Of a stretch of DNA of 64,000 bases, positions 37,861 to 51,745 are shown in pieces (the first letter of the stretch is position 1; each line of letters starts with the position of its first letter). Below the pieces are notes generated by a model, which did no database searches, was not told where the DNA came from, and saw nothing but the letters and a program-made list of their open reading frames with translations. This DNA comes from Malacoraja senta (lineage: Eukaryota), in contig CM075990.1 of assembly GCA_038087875.1 (NCBI GenBank), positions 16,432,001-16,496,000 of the forward strand. Direction: 5' to 3'. The translations under genes and the position numbers were made by a program.

Positions 37861-40800
37861 AGTTGAGTTCACATTTCCATAATGTGTTCAAAATGTTACA
37901 GTTTGGTTTCTGCTCCTTTCCATATTTACCCATTCGCACTTGACCACATAATGGAAGATGGATTTCTGTTAAAGAAGGGAAGAGATGCCTTTTCTTTTCT
38001 GCACTTACGTATACTTGCGGAGTAGGCTTGATGGGCTGAATGGCCTACTTCTGCTCCCACGGCACATGAACTTACTCCACAAATGTGATAACAATTTAGC
38101 TCAGATTTTCCAAAAGAGCTTTGTCTCTCCTTCAGTTCTACATTTTGCAGCTGAAATAAATCCCTGCATGAAAACTCTTTGTACAAGGGTTTGCGTAATC
38201 TGGCCTTAGATCAGGTAATTCATTTCAAAGTCTGTGACTTACAGCCCTCCCCCTGTCCACACTGCACAGATTCTCTGAACAGGATGATGCTCCTTTCCCA
38301 TCCTGCCACGGATGCTCAAAGAGCTTGAATGAGACCCTCGGCTCTTTCATCTCTTCACACCACAGCTGCCTCCCTTGCCTCTGAGGATTAGAGCGACGAA
38401 ATGTCTTTGATGAAGTAACATCATTAGGAGAAGCTTGAAACTAAGTCAATTGACCTGGTTAATTTGGCTTGTGTTTCTCTGATCTTAATGTGCCCTCAAG
38501 GAATTTATGTGTGTGTGTGTTTTCCTTTTGTTTGTGTACACGTGCACATGCCTGTGTGCACATATACTTGTGTCTGTGCGAGCCAGTCTGTCTGTGTGTC
38601 AGTCGGTTTGGGTTTGTGTGTGTGGTTGCTTGTGCATGTGTGTGGTTGCTTGTGTATGTGTGTGTAGGAAGGAACTGCAGCTGCTGGTTTACACCGATGA
38701 TAGACACAAAATGCTGGAGTAACTCAGCGGGACAGGCAGTATCTCTGGATAGAAGGAATGGGTGATGTTTCGGGTCGAGATCCTTCTTCAGACTGAGGCC
38801 ATTTATTGTCCATTCCTAACTCACCCTGAACTCCGGAGCAAATCACGGACTTTGGAGATGCAAGAGATTGCAGATGCTGGAACGAGTGAAAAACAAAGTG
38901 CTGGAGGAATGTGGCAGGTCAGGCAGCATCTGCAAGGGAAATGGACAGGTAACAGTTCATGATGGAACCCTTCTTAACATGGATGGACTAGAGGGGTGTT
39001 TAGCTTTCTCCACTCCATTAGTCCGAAGAAGGGTCCCAACCAGACACGAGCTGATCCATTTACTTCCACAGAAGCTGCCTGACCCGCTGAGTTCCTTCAG
39101 CACTGTTTTTCCCACAATTATTCTTGTACCTTGCATCACCAACATTCACATTTCTCGAAGATAGACACAAAGTGCTGGATTTACTCAGCGGGACAGGCAG
39201 CATCTCTGGAAAGAAGGAATGGGTCACGTTTTGGGTCGAGACCCTTCTTCAGATGAAACGTCACCCATTCCTTCTCTCCAGAGATGCAGCTTGTCCCACT
39301 AAGTTACTCCAGCACTTTGTGTCTTTTTAATGTAAACGCAATATCTGCAGTTCCTTGTTTTTTACTTTCGACATACACTCTCACTTAAGAGCCAGCTAGC
39401 TATTCCAAGGGCTGGGGTTAACATTTTGGAACCCACCTCATGAAAGATTGGTACGTCTGATTGCCTGCTAAAAATATTAAATAATCTGTTTAGCTCATGT
39501 CAGGTTGAACAAATACACAATTAGAATGCAATTATAATTCTAACTATAAATCACAACATTATTATTCCATTAGATATAAAATATTAATAAGTCAGTTCCT
39601 TTGTTATTTCTGAAAATCCATGTCCACCAAAATAGTTAACCAGGGCCTCAGGTAAATATCCTTTATAAATGATTAAAGCAATATTAGTTCAATAACATTA
39701 TTTTACAATTTAGCCAAACCAATCCTGTTAGCTTATAGAAGAGGCAGATTTGCTCAACGGTTCAAAGCAAAGTGGTAAAATCATCGTGCCTCTTGTGTTC
39801 AAGCAGTGTTTTATTGCCATGGAATGGGAGTAATGTTCTGTTTAATACCTCCGATTTACCCTTCCACTTAAAGTCAATTTGGTCAAAAGCAGCTAAGTTC
39901 TATGCAAGATATATATGAACCACACGGCAAATTGTGATCAGATTTAACAAGGAGGCAACAGTCCAGCAGCGGTAGAGTTCACGCCTTACAGCGCTTACAG
40001 CGTTGGAGACCCGGGTTCGATCCCGACTACGGGTGCTTTCCTCCCACACTCCAAAGACGTGCAGGTTTGTAAGATAATTGGCTTGGTATAAGTGTAAATT
40101 GTCCCTAGTGTGTGTAGGTTAGTGTTAATGTGTGGGGATCGCTGGTCGGTGCAGACTCGGTGGGCCGAGGGGCCTGTTTCTGCTTTGTATCTCTAAACTA
40201 AAGGGCATTAATGCTGATGATCACCAAGTTATTGTGCCATTGCATAGCAGACTTTCTAACAGTGAAATGCAAAGATTTATTTCACCAGAGAGGAAGTCAC
40301 ACATGAAATAAAACACGATATTCTTAAATCTCTGATATAACCATTTATTCCAACCGTATCCATAAAGAAACTGCAGGAAGATTAAGAAATGGAAGAAGAA
40401 ATGTAGTAATCACTCTGTTTTATTGCATGGTTTGTTAGCTCAGCAAACAGTGCATTTATTTTTAACAGTCTCTGTGGACTGCAGTCAACATTGCTCAAGT
40501 TTACTTCAAAGCAAAGTTCCTCAATGAGAGCAATTATTTATTTAGAAAAATGCAGTTAGTGGAAAAAAGCGACTTGATAAAACTTGTTATAAAAACAGAA
40601 AATGATGGAAATACTAGGCCAGTCAGGCTGCATCTGTGGGAAGAGGAACAAAGTCAATGTTTCACGCTGAAGACCCTTGGGCAGAACTGGGGGAAAAAAC
40701 TTAGAAGAGATGACGCAAAGTGCTGGAGTAACTCTGCGAGTCAGGCAGCATCTCTGGAGAATATGGACAGGTCACGTTTTGGTTTGGGACTGTTCTTCAG

Positions 40801-43800
40801 ATTGATTGGGGGGGGGGGGGCAGGAAGCTGGAAGAGAGAAGAGGGGCAGGACAATGATACAGGTGAGGGAGGTTTTTGAAGGGCAAATGGTTGGACAAAG
40901 GCCAGAGATTAAAAAAGGTTGAAGAATTGAGAATTGTGAAGCTAGAGAAAGGAATGTAGGTGGAAGGGGAGGGGAGAAATATGTGCAAATCCTGGTGGGG
41001 CACAAGGAGGTGTGTGAAAGGTGGGGGAGTGTAAGGGAAGAACAGAGAGGGGGAGCTTTTGTAGTTACCTAAAATTGGAACATTCAATGTTTATACCGTT
41101 GAGTTATAAAATACCTGGGCAGTGGGCAGGTGCTATAGACCTGCACGGGAAGGTAGACGCTCCCGCGCCCACGAGTCTCGGGTAGATGGGGCTCCTCAGC
41201 CTGGGAAGGCAGTCCATCCAGGAGAGGGAAAACTCTGATTTAAAACCTCCACTGCCTTGTGGCCATATCCAGTCATGGAAAAGGCTCCAGGAGTAAACCT
41301 CAAGAAAACCCGGAGTCGGAGCCCCTAAGGCAGTTCGTCGTTGTCTACAACCTCGCTCTGGCCGCTCCTGCGATGGTGCTGGTGCCAAACTGTAACGGCC
41401 CTGCTGTTCCTTTGGATCGATCAGCGACGTGGAGCGGGGGGACGTGCTGCATGGGCAACAGCCTGTCCTCCATATGACAGCGCCCAGGCTTGCATCCGAC
41501 CACACATCAACTACAAACTAGGATGTATCACCCATGGTCAGTCAGGACCAAGGGGGGCCTACTATAAAATACCCGTGGAATATGAGGGTCTGTTCCACCA
41601 GCTTGTGTGTGGCCCCACTCTGGCAACGGAGGATGCCTAGGACAGATAGGTCAGTGTGGGGATGGGAAGAGGAGTTAAAAAAACTTGTTATTGATCAAAG
41701 TTCTAAACATGATAAAACTTACTTCAGTCTAGAAATTCATCTCTCGATCGATAGTTGGGTGAGTACATGAAGTCTGCCTCTGAAATAGATTCCATCAACT
41801 TCAGTGGAAACGAACGTCAGAGTCAGAGTACATTAAGTGATCATGACTATACAGTGTGTTTACTGCTAGTGATCAGGCATGAATTTCCACATTAGGGGTG
41901 TGAAATACGGACACTTAAAGTCAAGAGTTAAGAGTGTTTAATTGTCATATGTGCCGACAACAGAACAATCAAATTCTTTCTTGCAGCCGCATAACAAGGC
42001 CCATAAACGCAATACTCGTAAACAAAATTAATAACCACAATACTAGTGCAAAAAAATCCAATAGACAATAGACAATAGGTGCAGGAGTAGGCCATTCGGC
42101 CCTTCGAGCCAGCACCGCCATTCAATGTGATCATGGCTGATCATCCCCAATCAGTACCCCATTCCTGCCTTCTCCCTATATCCCCTGACTCCGCTATTTT
42201 TAAGAGCCCTATCTAGCTCTCTCTTGAAAGCATCCAGAGAACCCGCCTCCACCGCCCTCTGAGGCAGAGAATTCCACAGACAATTCAAAGTTCTTAGTGC
42301 AACTAAGGACATTCCATAGAAGTTCCTAGTTGAGGTTAGTGTTGTGCAGTGTGGAATCAGGGCTAAATGACAGACAAATGAACTTGCTTTCTGTTGGGTC
42401 ATTGACACAACCCAACAGAAATTGAGACTAGCATCACTCAGAGAGTGGTGGGTATGTGGGATGAGCTATCAAAGAAGGTAGTTAAGGTAGGTACTATAAG
42501 GATTTAAAATTCACTTGGACAGGTACATGGATAGGAAAGGTTTAGAGGGATATGGGTCAAATGCGGGCAAATGGGACTTAGCTTAGATGGGGCATCTTGG
42601 TCAACATGGATGAGTTGGGCTGAAGGGCCTGTTTCCATGCCATGTGACTCTATCTATGTCAAGCTTTAGACTTTAGAGATACAGCGCGGAAACACGCCCT
42701 TCGGCTCACTGAGGCCACGTCGACCAGCTCTCACCCCATACACCAGCACTATCCTACACACTAGTAACAATTTACAATTTACAGAATCCAATCAACCTAC
42801 AAACATGCACGTCTTTGGAGTGTGGGAGGAAACCAGAGCACCCGGAGAAAATCCACGTGGTCACAGGGAGAACGTATAAACCCCATACAGACAGCATCCT
42901 TAGTCAGGATCAAACCCGGGTCTCAGGCTCTGCAAGCTACCGTTATGGATGGCACAAGCTAAAAGGAGAAGGGGAGAAAATATCTACAGGAGATAAAAGA
43001 AAAAAAAAGACAAAGAATGAAATTCTACATAATTCCCTCCATTAATTACACAGTAGAAGGTGGCGAAACATAGAGGAAAATCTTCACCCTGAACCATGTT
43101 GAGATTGAAACTGTCAATGCCACAACTTCAGCCTTGCCGCTTTGACTTGACTTTGTAATTTTCCAAATTGTTCAATGTCATCAACAAAATAAAAACCATT
43201 CTCAAGTCGGTAATGAAGGATCATCATTTCATCATTGTAATTGGACTGCCGGAATAGATTGAGGCCCTACGATTGAATGCTGGCCCGTCTCTGATGAAGA
43301 CGGGTAATTTCTGCTGCCAACACATGATTGCCACAAGTCAAAAGAGCTACAATTAGGATCGGACGTGGTCTAATCAATATTGGATTGAGTCTCAAAGTGA
43401 AAAATTTCTCAGGCGTAGTTAATTCAACATGAAAGTGCTCTTGGTTCCAATCCTGTGGTTAAATTATGACCTTTCAACAAACTCCAGTTTTGGGGGTCAG
43501 AGCTCCTTACAGCAGTCACAAGCACTTCTTCAAGTTAGCACAATGGAACCTAACCAACAGAACATTACACTGTAAAACACAAGAACTATCACAGTGCAAC
43601 AGTCTTTCCACATCTGAAGTAATTAACTGCTTCTAAAGCATTCCAGGACAAATCCAAGTTGTAAAAGGGACTACGTAAATGCACATTTTCTTGTAAAAAG
43701 TAGCATTAATCAGTCCTGAAATAAAAGATTATGGGGAGAAGGCAAAGCTTCAATGATTTCATTGTCACCTTGTTGTCACGTGTACTGAGGTACAGTGAAC

Positions 43801-44269
43801 TGCTTTGTTCTGCGTACAACCTGGTAAACTCATACAGCAGACCTCACATCGGGAGTACACAAGTGTTGCTACGTTTCTGGTGCTGACAAAGTTACAAAAG
43901 TTCACCAAACAGACACGTCTACAGCCTACTGCTTATGGATCGGGAAAAGACACAAAGTGCTGGAGTAACTCAACGGGTCAGGCAGCATCTATGGATAGGT
44001 GACATGTTGGGTTGGAAGCCTACTTTCATATAGATCAGATATGGATCGGATCCTTATTTTTTTGCTGTTAGAAGGTACATAGAGAGTGCTCCATTTAAAT
44101 TTGCACATCCTTTCATTCCCCCAGTGTGGTCATAGATGCCAGGGCTTATCTCCTGATGCATAGCAGTTTCACCCCTGGCATTGTTTCCAGGGAGAGGAGG
44201 GGAGTTCTGTCTGTGCTCTTCTGCATAAAGTCACTGGACTTAAACTACACTCATTCTAGACATGGATTT

Positions 44270-44590
44270 AGTTTAGTTTATTTAGTTTATTTTATAGATA
44301 CAGAGCGGAAAAAGGCCCTTCGGCCCACGGAGTCCGCACCGACCAGTGATCCCCACGTATTAACACTATCCTACAAACACTAGGGACAATTTTTACATTT
44401 ACCAAGCCAATTTATCTACATACCTGTACGTCTCTGGAGTGTGGGAGGAAACTGAAGATCTCAGAGAAAACCCACGCAGGTCACGGGGAGAACGTACAAA
44501 CTCCGTACAGACAGCACCCGTAGTCGGGATCGAACCCGGGCCTCCGGCGCTGTAAGGCAGCAACTCTACCGCTGCGCCACCCTGCCGCCA
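44270..44590 (-). mobile_element. Full-length tRNA-derived SINE (HE1-like); further copies near 25655, 34480, 36065, 39960, 42665, 47780, 50335, 51830, 61370
   Basis: Reverse-strand head GGTGGCGCAGCGGTAGAG...GGTTCGATCC (A and B boxes), conserved core, (TAAAC)n tail. Confidence 0.85.
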
Positions 44591-45649
44591 TAATCACAAG
44601 CACTTGGAAAACTGGCCTTCAGTTCATGCTTTTGTGCACTGTAAAGTTTTCACAAGTAATGTCATTTCTCATTGGAGAAGTATATAGGTTGTTAAACTGC
44701 AAGGGTAATTACATCTCGACCCCAAACGTCACCCATTCCTTCTCTCCCGAGATGCTGCCTGTCCCGCTGAGTTAATCCAGCATTTTGTACCTACTTCTGA
44801 TTTAAACCAGCATCTGCAGTTCTTTCCTACACAGGGTAATTACATTCATACATATATAAATGATTAAAATATCCAACCAAAATAAAATTCAATCAGACTT
44901 CTCAAGATGGAACTTACTCCACTGAAATAGCACTGGCAGGGAACTAGCATAGGAAGACCATCAATGCCCAGAGAGCTTTTACAAATGAAGTTGCAATCAT
45001 GTCTCATTTTCGGTAACGATTTGCAGCAAAATAAATAATTGCAAGCAGACAAACCTGCACACATGTTTGATTTCGCAAAATAAAATGCAGAGTAAATGTT
45101 AACATCAGTGTGCAGGAGGATGGGAGAGGATAGATACTTTACTGCCGAGCAATCTACGTTGAAGAATTGGTATTGCCACTGATTTATTGTTATGTGTGCC
45201 AAGTCACAATGAAAATTTTTGTTTGCGTGCTATCCTGTCAAATCATACCATGCATCAGGTAATGCAAAAATAAAAATAAAGATAAAAATCCAGAAAATCA
45301 AAAGGGTTCGTACATACAGCGTTGCAGATATAAAGAAGGTGTAGTAAAAAAAAAAGTATAAATGGCTGCAACTCGGTAGATGAGAAGATTGGGAATTGAA
45401 CTTTAACACATGAGAGGTCTGTTCAACATTGGGGAAGAGGCTGTTTTTAAATCCGGTGGTAGGATCTCTCCATCTTTGACATCTGTTGCCCAACGGGAGA
45501 AGAGGGGACGATGGGATGTGAGAGGACTTGATTATACTGGCTGCTTTCCCAAGGCATGGGAGGGGAGGGGGCTAGGGGAAAGGGGTGGCTGGTTTGAATG
45601 ATGGACTGGGCTGTGTCAACACTCTGCAGTTTCTGCAGTATTTTTTCTT

Positions 45650-45960
45650 ATGCCAAACAAAAATAATGTAATCAATTATTTACAATAATATGTAGAGTAC
45701 AAAATAAATGAAAACAAAACCCACCACCATAATACAGGTCAAACAAATATACTAAATAAACTACTATACAACTATATCACCATCCTTATTGAGGTTGCAT
45801 TCCACCCCCCGCGGTGCCCAGCAATCCCGGAAATCTCCCAGGGTGCCCATGGACAGCGCGTAGTCCTTTTCTAGCACCACCCGGGCACGGACGTAACCCT
45901 GGAAAACAGTTTCTGCCGTCTTGAGCAAAGCAGCTGCTGGATAAACACAACCCCTGCTCA
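45650..45960 (-). mobile_element. Tx1/L1-like LINE 3' end
   Basis: FQGYVRARVVLEKDYALSMGTLGDFRDCW C-terminus followed by a T-rich 3' UTR. Confidence 0.55.
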
Positions 45961-46251
45961 GCAGCACCAGATGTGTTAAATAACCAGCTCGTCACATTGT
46001 GGTCTGCTTCTGTGATAAAGATGAGAACTTTGTGTGGGAACCAAGGACAACATTCCCCTCTTGGAATGGTATGCAACTTTATTTGACAAATGTACCGAGG
46101 TACAGTGAATGCTGGTTTAAATCGAAGATAGACACAAAATGCTGGAGAAACTCAGCGGGACAGGCAGCATCTCTGGAGAGAAGGAATGGGTGACGTTTCG
46201 GGGTCGAGACTTTCTTCAGCAGTACGTATCACTATGCATAAGCACTTAGAC

Positions 46252-46451
46252 NNNNNNNNNNNNNNNNNNNNNNNNNNNNNNNNNNNNNNNNNNNNNNNNN
46301 NNNNNNNNNNNNNNNNNNNNNNNNNNNNNNNNNNNNNNNNNNNNNNNNNNNNNNNNNNNNNNNNNNNNNNNNNNNNNNNNNNNNNNNNNNNNNNNNNNNN
46401 NNNNNNNNNNNNNNNNNNNNNNNNNNNNNNNNNNNNNNNNNNNNNNNNNNN
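46252..46451. other. Assembly gap (200 N)
   Basis: Run of N. Confidence 1.
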
Positions 46452-48249
46452 AGCTGATGAAGAAAGATGAATGATTCCATATTATGAGAAGTGGAAAGTA
46501 GAATAGACCAGCCACTGAAGTTCAACTCTCAGATGGCGAACTTCTCATCCAGTGAGCAGATGCCCAACCTGATCAGCCAACCCTCTTAAGCTGACCCTCT
46601 TATCACAGAAGACAATCTGGTGATCTTTTGTGAAACACCTTCAACAAAACTTTAGTTGTTCACAGCACAGTGGTACTGCGGGTAGTCATAAAATCATAGT
46701 GTGGAAACAGTCCCTTCGGCCCAATTTGCCCACACCGACCAACATGTCCCATCTATACCAGTCCCATCACGTAATGCAATACACACAACCATAGAGACTT
46801 GCCACGCAGAGCAATACACACAACGCTGCCGGTTTGGCGTGCAAAGTTTTAAATAAAGCCCTGTCGGCTGCAGTGCTATGGGTTCTAAATATAGCACTGC
46901 CAACAGCAGCACTATGGGCTTTAAACAATAGACTGTTCGGGCAAGATTCTCGTATAACACATGGTGTACGCTTTTCAACTCTTATTTTCCACCACACATA
47001 CCATATCTACGTCTTTCTACAACTTTGTGCGCAGTTCCAAATGTATTTGGACACCCTCTTCCCTTTCTGAACTTGTATCAAAGATCTGATCACAGTCCAT
47101 CACCATCTTGTTTACTGCCTGGTCCTGGTCCGATTACAAGTCTTTTCTCACTGCTGCCCTTCCCACTGTCTAGTTCTCATTTCCAGTCAGAATACAGCTT
47201 CTAATACTTACCTTGAAGCCCAAACAACCGAAAATCAGTCTCATGGATAGAGGAATTAGTTACTCTGGAAGGAATGTTGGAGTAAAATAAATTATCAAGG
47301 CAGTTTGGATGCTGCACGAAATATAACACTTAAAGGTACAATAAATGGAGAGGAACCTTGCTGATAAAATTGCCAGTTGCCTTATTCCTGAAGACATGCC
47401 CTCTGCTAACAGTCTGTCATATGTCATTAGCAGATCCCATTATATTTCACCTGCAGCCAGATGTCGTTCATCATGGACATGTCAAGAGTTCAAGTAATAT
47501 CCCAACAGCAAACTGGCGGCTCAATTAACTAGAAATCGGCAGCAAGCTAAAGTGATGAAGCAATCTGAAACAGGCCCCTGTCATCTGGGGTTCTCTCTTA
47601 TTCACCTAATGGTCCCTGCCTTCTCTCATTCCAGTCTTTCACATTTACTGATTTACTGCCCTGCACATCCTCAACAGCAGTGTGTCATTCTGCCTGATGC
47701 ACTCACTGGTGATTCTAGTTCAGTTGAAGGCGATTCCTCCAGCCCTCAGAAATCAGTGCTTTTCACCAGCATTCTTATTTTTAAGTTTAGTTTAGAGATA
47801 CAGATCGGAAACAGGCCCTTCAGAAAACACACTTGGTCTACATTATCCCACTTTCCCATCCACATCTACAAACCCGCACGTCTTTGGGATGTGGGAGAAA
47901 ACCGGAGCAGCCGGAGGAAACCCTCGGGGGTCGCAGGGAGAATGAGCAAACTCCACATACAGCAGCCGAGGTCAGGATCGAACCCAAGTCTCTGGCACTG
48001 TGGGGTAGCAGCTCTACCAGCTGTGTCACCCTGTTGGTTTGTAAATTCCCTGTCACTTTATAGTAGATATAGTAATTGAAACATTCTTCTGCTTAGACTA
48101 CTATATACAGTATATAAAAACTTTGCCATTAAATATTTAGCAACAATATACAACTGCAAGTTTAATAATAGGACAACTTTAGTAGCATTTACCTTGGCAG
48201 GTGGAGCAAGAAAGATTTCAGAACAAAGCAAATGTCTGCACAATAGTTA

Positions 48250-48950
48250 ACGTACTGCACTCAGCCACCTCCTCATACCAACCCCTTGACCATGACCCCA
48301 CAAACACCAGGCTGCCATCATCTCCCAGTCCATTACTGATCTGATTGCCTCTGGCAATCTCCCCTCCACAGCCTCGAACCTTATCCTTCCCCAGCCCCAC
48401 ACTGCCCACTTTTATCTCCTTCCCAAAATCCACAAAAAGGACCTCCCTGGCAGATTGTGTTGTTTAAGGAAGAACTGCAGATGAAGACAAAATACAAAGG
48501 TAGACAAAAATGCTGGAGAAACTCAGCGGGTGAGGCAGCATCTATGGAGCGAAGGAATAGGTGACGTATCGGGTAGATGCTGCCTCACCCGCTGAGTTTC
48601 TCCAGCATTTTTGCCTCCCTGGCAGATCCATTGTTTCTGCCTGCTTCTGCCCCACAGAACTCATCTCCATATGCCTTGATTCCATCCTATCCTCCCCTTA
48701 TCCTGTCCCTTCTGAACTACATCCAAGACACATCTCTCACTCTTCAACAACATTCAATTCAAGGCCCCCATTGCCTTATCTTTATCATGGATGTTCTGTC
48801 CATGTACACCTCCATCCCCCACCAGGAAGTTCTCAAGCCTCTCCAGTTCCACCTGACCCATCAGTCTGAAGAAGGGTCCCAACCCGAAATATCCGTGTTC
48901 CCCAGAGATGCTGCCTGACCTGCTGAAGTACTCAAGCACATTGTGCCTTT
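48250..48950 (+). mobile_element. Penelope-like RT fragments with nested terminal-repeat insertion
   Basis: FYLLPKIHKKDLPG / GRSIVSACFCPTELIS.CLDSIL / YIQDTS / LIFIMDVLSMYTSIPH; nested insert bounded by a ctccctggcagat direct repeat. Confidence 0.75.
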
Positions 48951-51259
48951 TTAATGTACTTCAAAATGGCTGTGTAGAGCTTTGACACTATTTTGAAAGA
49001 TAACTTAATCAATGAACACTTTTTTATATCAATGGTTGTTATTTTTCAGCTCATTCTTGTGAATGCCATCATTCTATATTTAACAGGCTGACTATAAAAA
49101 CTGTTTCCTTGCGTTTAGCCATACTGGCAGCTCTTGTTGATAAATTCCTATTTATCTACGCTGTGCACATTATACGCAGAGAATTATCACAACATAAACA
49201 GCACAGAACTAGAAGTGTTCGACTAATTGCTCCTTTGATCTCTAAATTCCCAGTCAATTTAATGTATGGAAAAGTAGAGTATTTTGCCCACAAATATGTA
49301 AAAAATATGTAACAGTAATATACAAGGCAACTGCATGTTTAATAAAACACCTTTAGCAGAGCAAGGAAGTCTTCAGAACAAAGCAAGCTCTACAATGGAC
49401 GTTCTCAGTCCACTTAGAACAGCTGGGAGCTTAATCTTTGAGCTGTGTAAGAAAGCTTCAAACTCTTTGAAAACGCTTGAGAATTGTGCTCACGATACCC
49501 AGATTTATAATGTAATAAACGACAGTACTAACAATCCCCGCAATGACTCAGTTGTACATTTCTTCGAAACAGGAGGACTTGAGGAGATTACTGCCCACTT
49601 TGTGAAGGTTCTCCTTGAGAAGGTTGGCACCAACAGGAGACAGTGACTCAGACACAGAATGTGATCCACAAATGTGATGCGTGTGCAATTTAATGCAGGT
49701 CGGAGATTAAATCCTTAGAACATGTCAAGGCTATCACAGATAGATGACGGATAGCAGGGAAAAAAGATCGGAGAAATATTGCAAAACTGCATTGGGGAAT
49801 ATTATGGAAAATGGTTCGATGGTTTGGAAATATTGAGCCTGCTATATTTAGGCAGTTTTCAATACCTGTGACTTAAATAGCAATTATTTTTGCTATTTAC
49901 CAGATTTACAAAAGCAGGCAGACTTCCCTAAAGGTCACAGCAAGCAAAGAGCTGCTCTCCCGTGCTCTCGTTCCTGATCACATGCTGCAATGCTCTGAAC
50001 ATAATTCATGGGATATGCCTTTGATGTCAGTTAACTTTAAAGAGTTGTTTTTACTTAGCTCTGCGGGAAGATCTGAATTCACCTATACTGCCCAAGCTTT
50101 AAAGTGTTCTAGTTACCAAGGGTGAATGGAAATCAAAGCAATTAAAGGCAGAATTATTTTCAGATCTGCAGGGGCTTTTGGATTTACTCAGCAATCAAAA
50201 CGTTGATCATATTGTAGAATAAATGACGATTTGATAGTATAGTCATAACTAAGGATTTTATATCGGAAAAGTTTATGGGGATAACTCAAGCAGAGCAACC
50301 AAAATAAAATGGAACATTGGAAAACGAACACACCAGTTTAGTTTAGAGAAAAAGCGTGAAAACAGACCCTTCGGCCCCTTCACCGAGTCCGCGCCGACCA
50401 GTGATTGCCGCACACTAACACTATCCTACACACACTATAATAATAATAATTCATTTTATTTACTGGCGCCTTTCTAAAACCCAAGGACACCTTACAAGGC
50501 ATAGAATCACAAAAATACAAAACACTAGGGACAATTTATAATTATACCAAGCCAATTAGCCTATAAATCTGTAAATCTTTGTAGTGTGGGAAGAAACCGG
50601 AGCACCCGGAGAAAACCCATGCAGGTCATGGGGAGAACGTACAAACTCCGGACAGATAAGCTCCCGTGATCAGGATCGAATCCGGGTCTCTGGCGCTGTA
50701 AGGCAGCAACTCTACCGCTGCACCACCGTGCTGCCCTAAGTTCTCAATGAAATGTCATATTTTGATGTGGTTTATCTGCAAATCCAGCGCACAAACGTGC
50801 GAGAATACAAGTTAATCAGCAAGACGTGCATCTGGCAAGCTTCCACAAGGAGAAAGGCAGGGGATCTTACAGTGAATGAGTGACCATGAATATTGTTGAA
50901 AGGACCATCACAGGGGCCGATGTTGTAGCTGTAGAAATGGAAACAGGAGTATTCCACTCCTCCTGCTTGTCAGCCCCACCTGCCCACCAAGTCTGCATGG
51001 AGCACAATGCTGGGGAAGAACTCAAGAACTGGTGAAGCCCATTCACTCTAATCCCAGTTTATTCTCCAAGCTGCCCATATATTCTCTCCAGATTCCACAA
51101 CTCACCTAGTCACAAGGGGCAATCTGCAGTGGCCAATTAACCTACCAACCTGCACATTTTTAGGATGTGGCGGAGGGGGGTACTCTGATCAGGAGTCAGG
51201 ATCGAATTGGGTCTCAAGGTACTCTGAAGCTTTAGTCCGCATCTTTTTCTGGTCCTTTT

Positions 51260-51745
51260 CACACGGTTCACAAGGTTAATTCCCGAGATGGCGGGACTGT
51301 CATATATTGATAGAATGGAGCGACTGGGCTTGTATACTCTGCAATTTAGAAGGATGAGAGGGGATCTTATTGACACATATAAGATTATTAAGGGATTGGA
51401 CACGCCAGAGGCAGGAAACATGTTCCCGATGTTGTGCGAGTCCAGAACCAGGGGCCAGTTAAAGAATAAGGGGTAGGCCATTTAGAACATAGATGAGGAA
51501 AAACTTTTTACCCAAAGAGTTGTGAATCTGTGGAATTCCCTGCCTCAGAAGGCAGTGGAGGCCAATTCTCTGGATGCTTTCAAGAGAGAGTTAGATAGAG
51601 CTCTTAAAGATAGCGGAGTCAAGGGATATGGTGAGGAGGCAGGAACGGGGTACTGATTGTGGATGATCAGCCATGATCACATGAATGGCAGTGCTGGCTC
51701 GAAGGGCCAAATGGCCTACTACTGCACCTGTTGTCTATTGACATT
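51260..51745 (+). mobile_element. CR1 LINE 3' fragment
   Basis: RFTRLIPEMAGLSYIDRMERLGLYTLQFRRMRGDLI... Confidence 0.85.

Noticed and set aside
43284..43304. Hairpin CCCGTCT-CTGATGA-AGACGGG
   Set aside because: CTGATGA suggests a hammerhead core, but there is no GAAA or three-way junction; a 7-bp stem can occur by chance.
49335..49646. 103-aa + strand ORF in unique sequence
   Set aside because: No recognisable homology, splice context or motif; compatible with chance.
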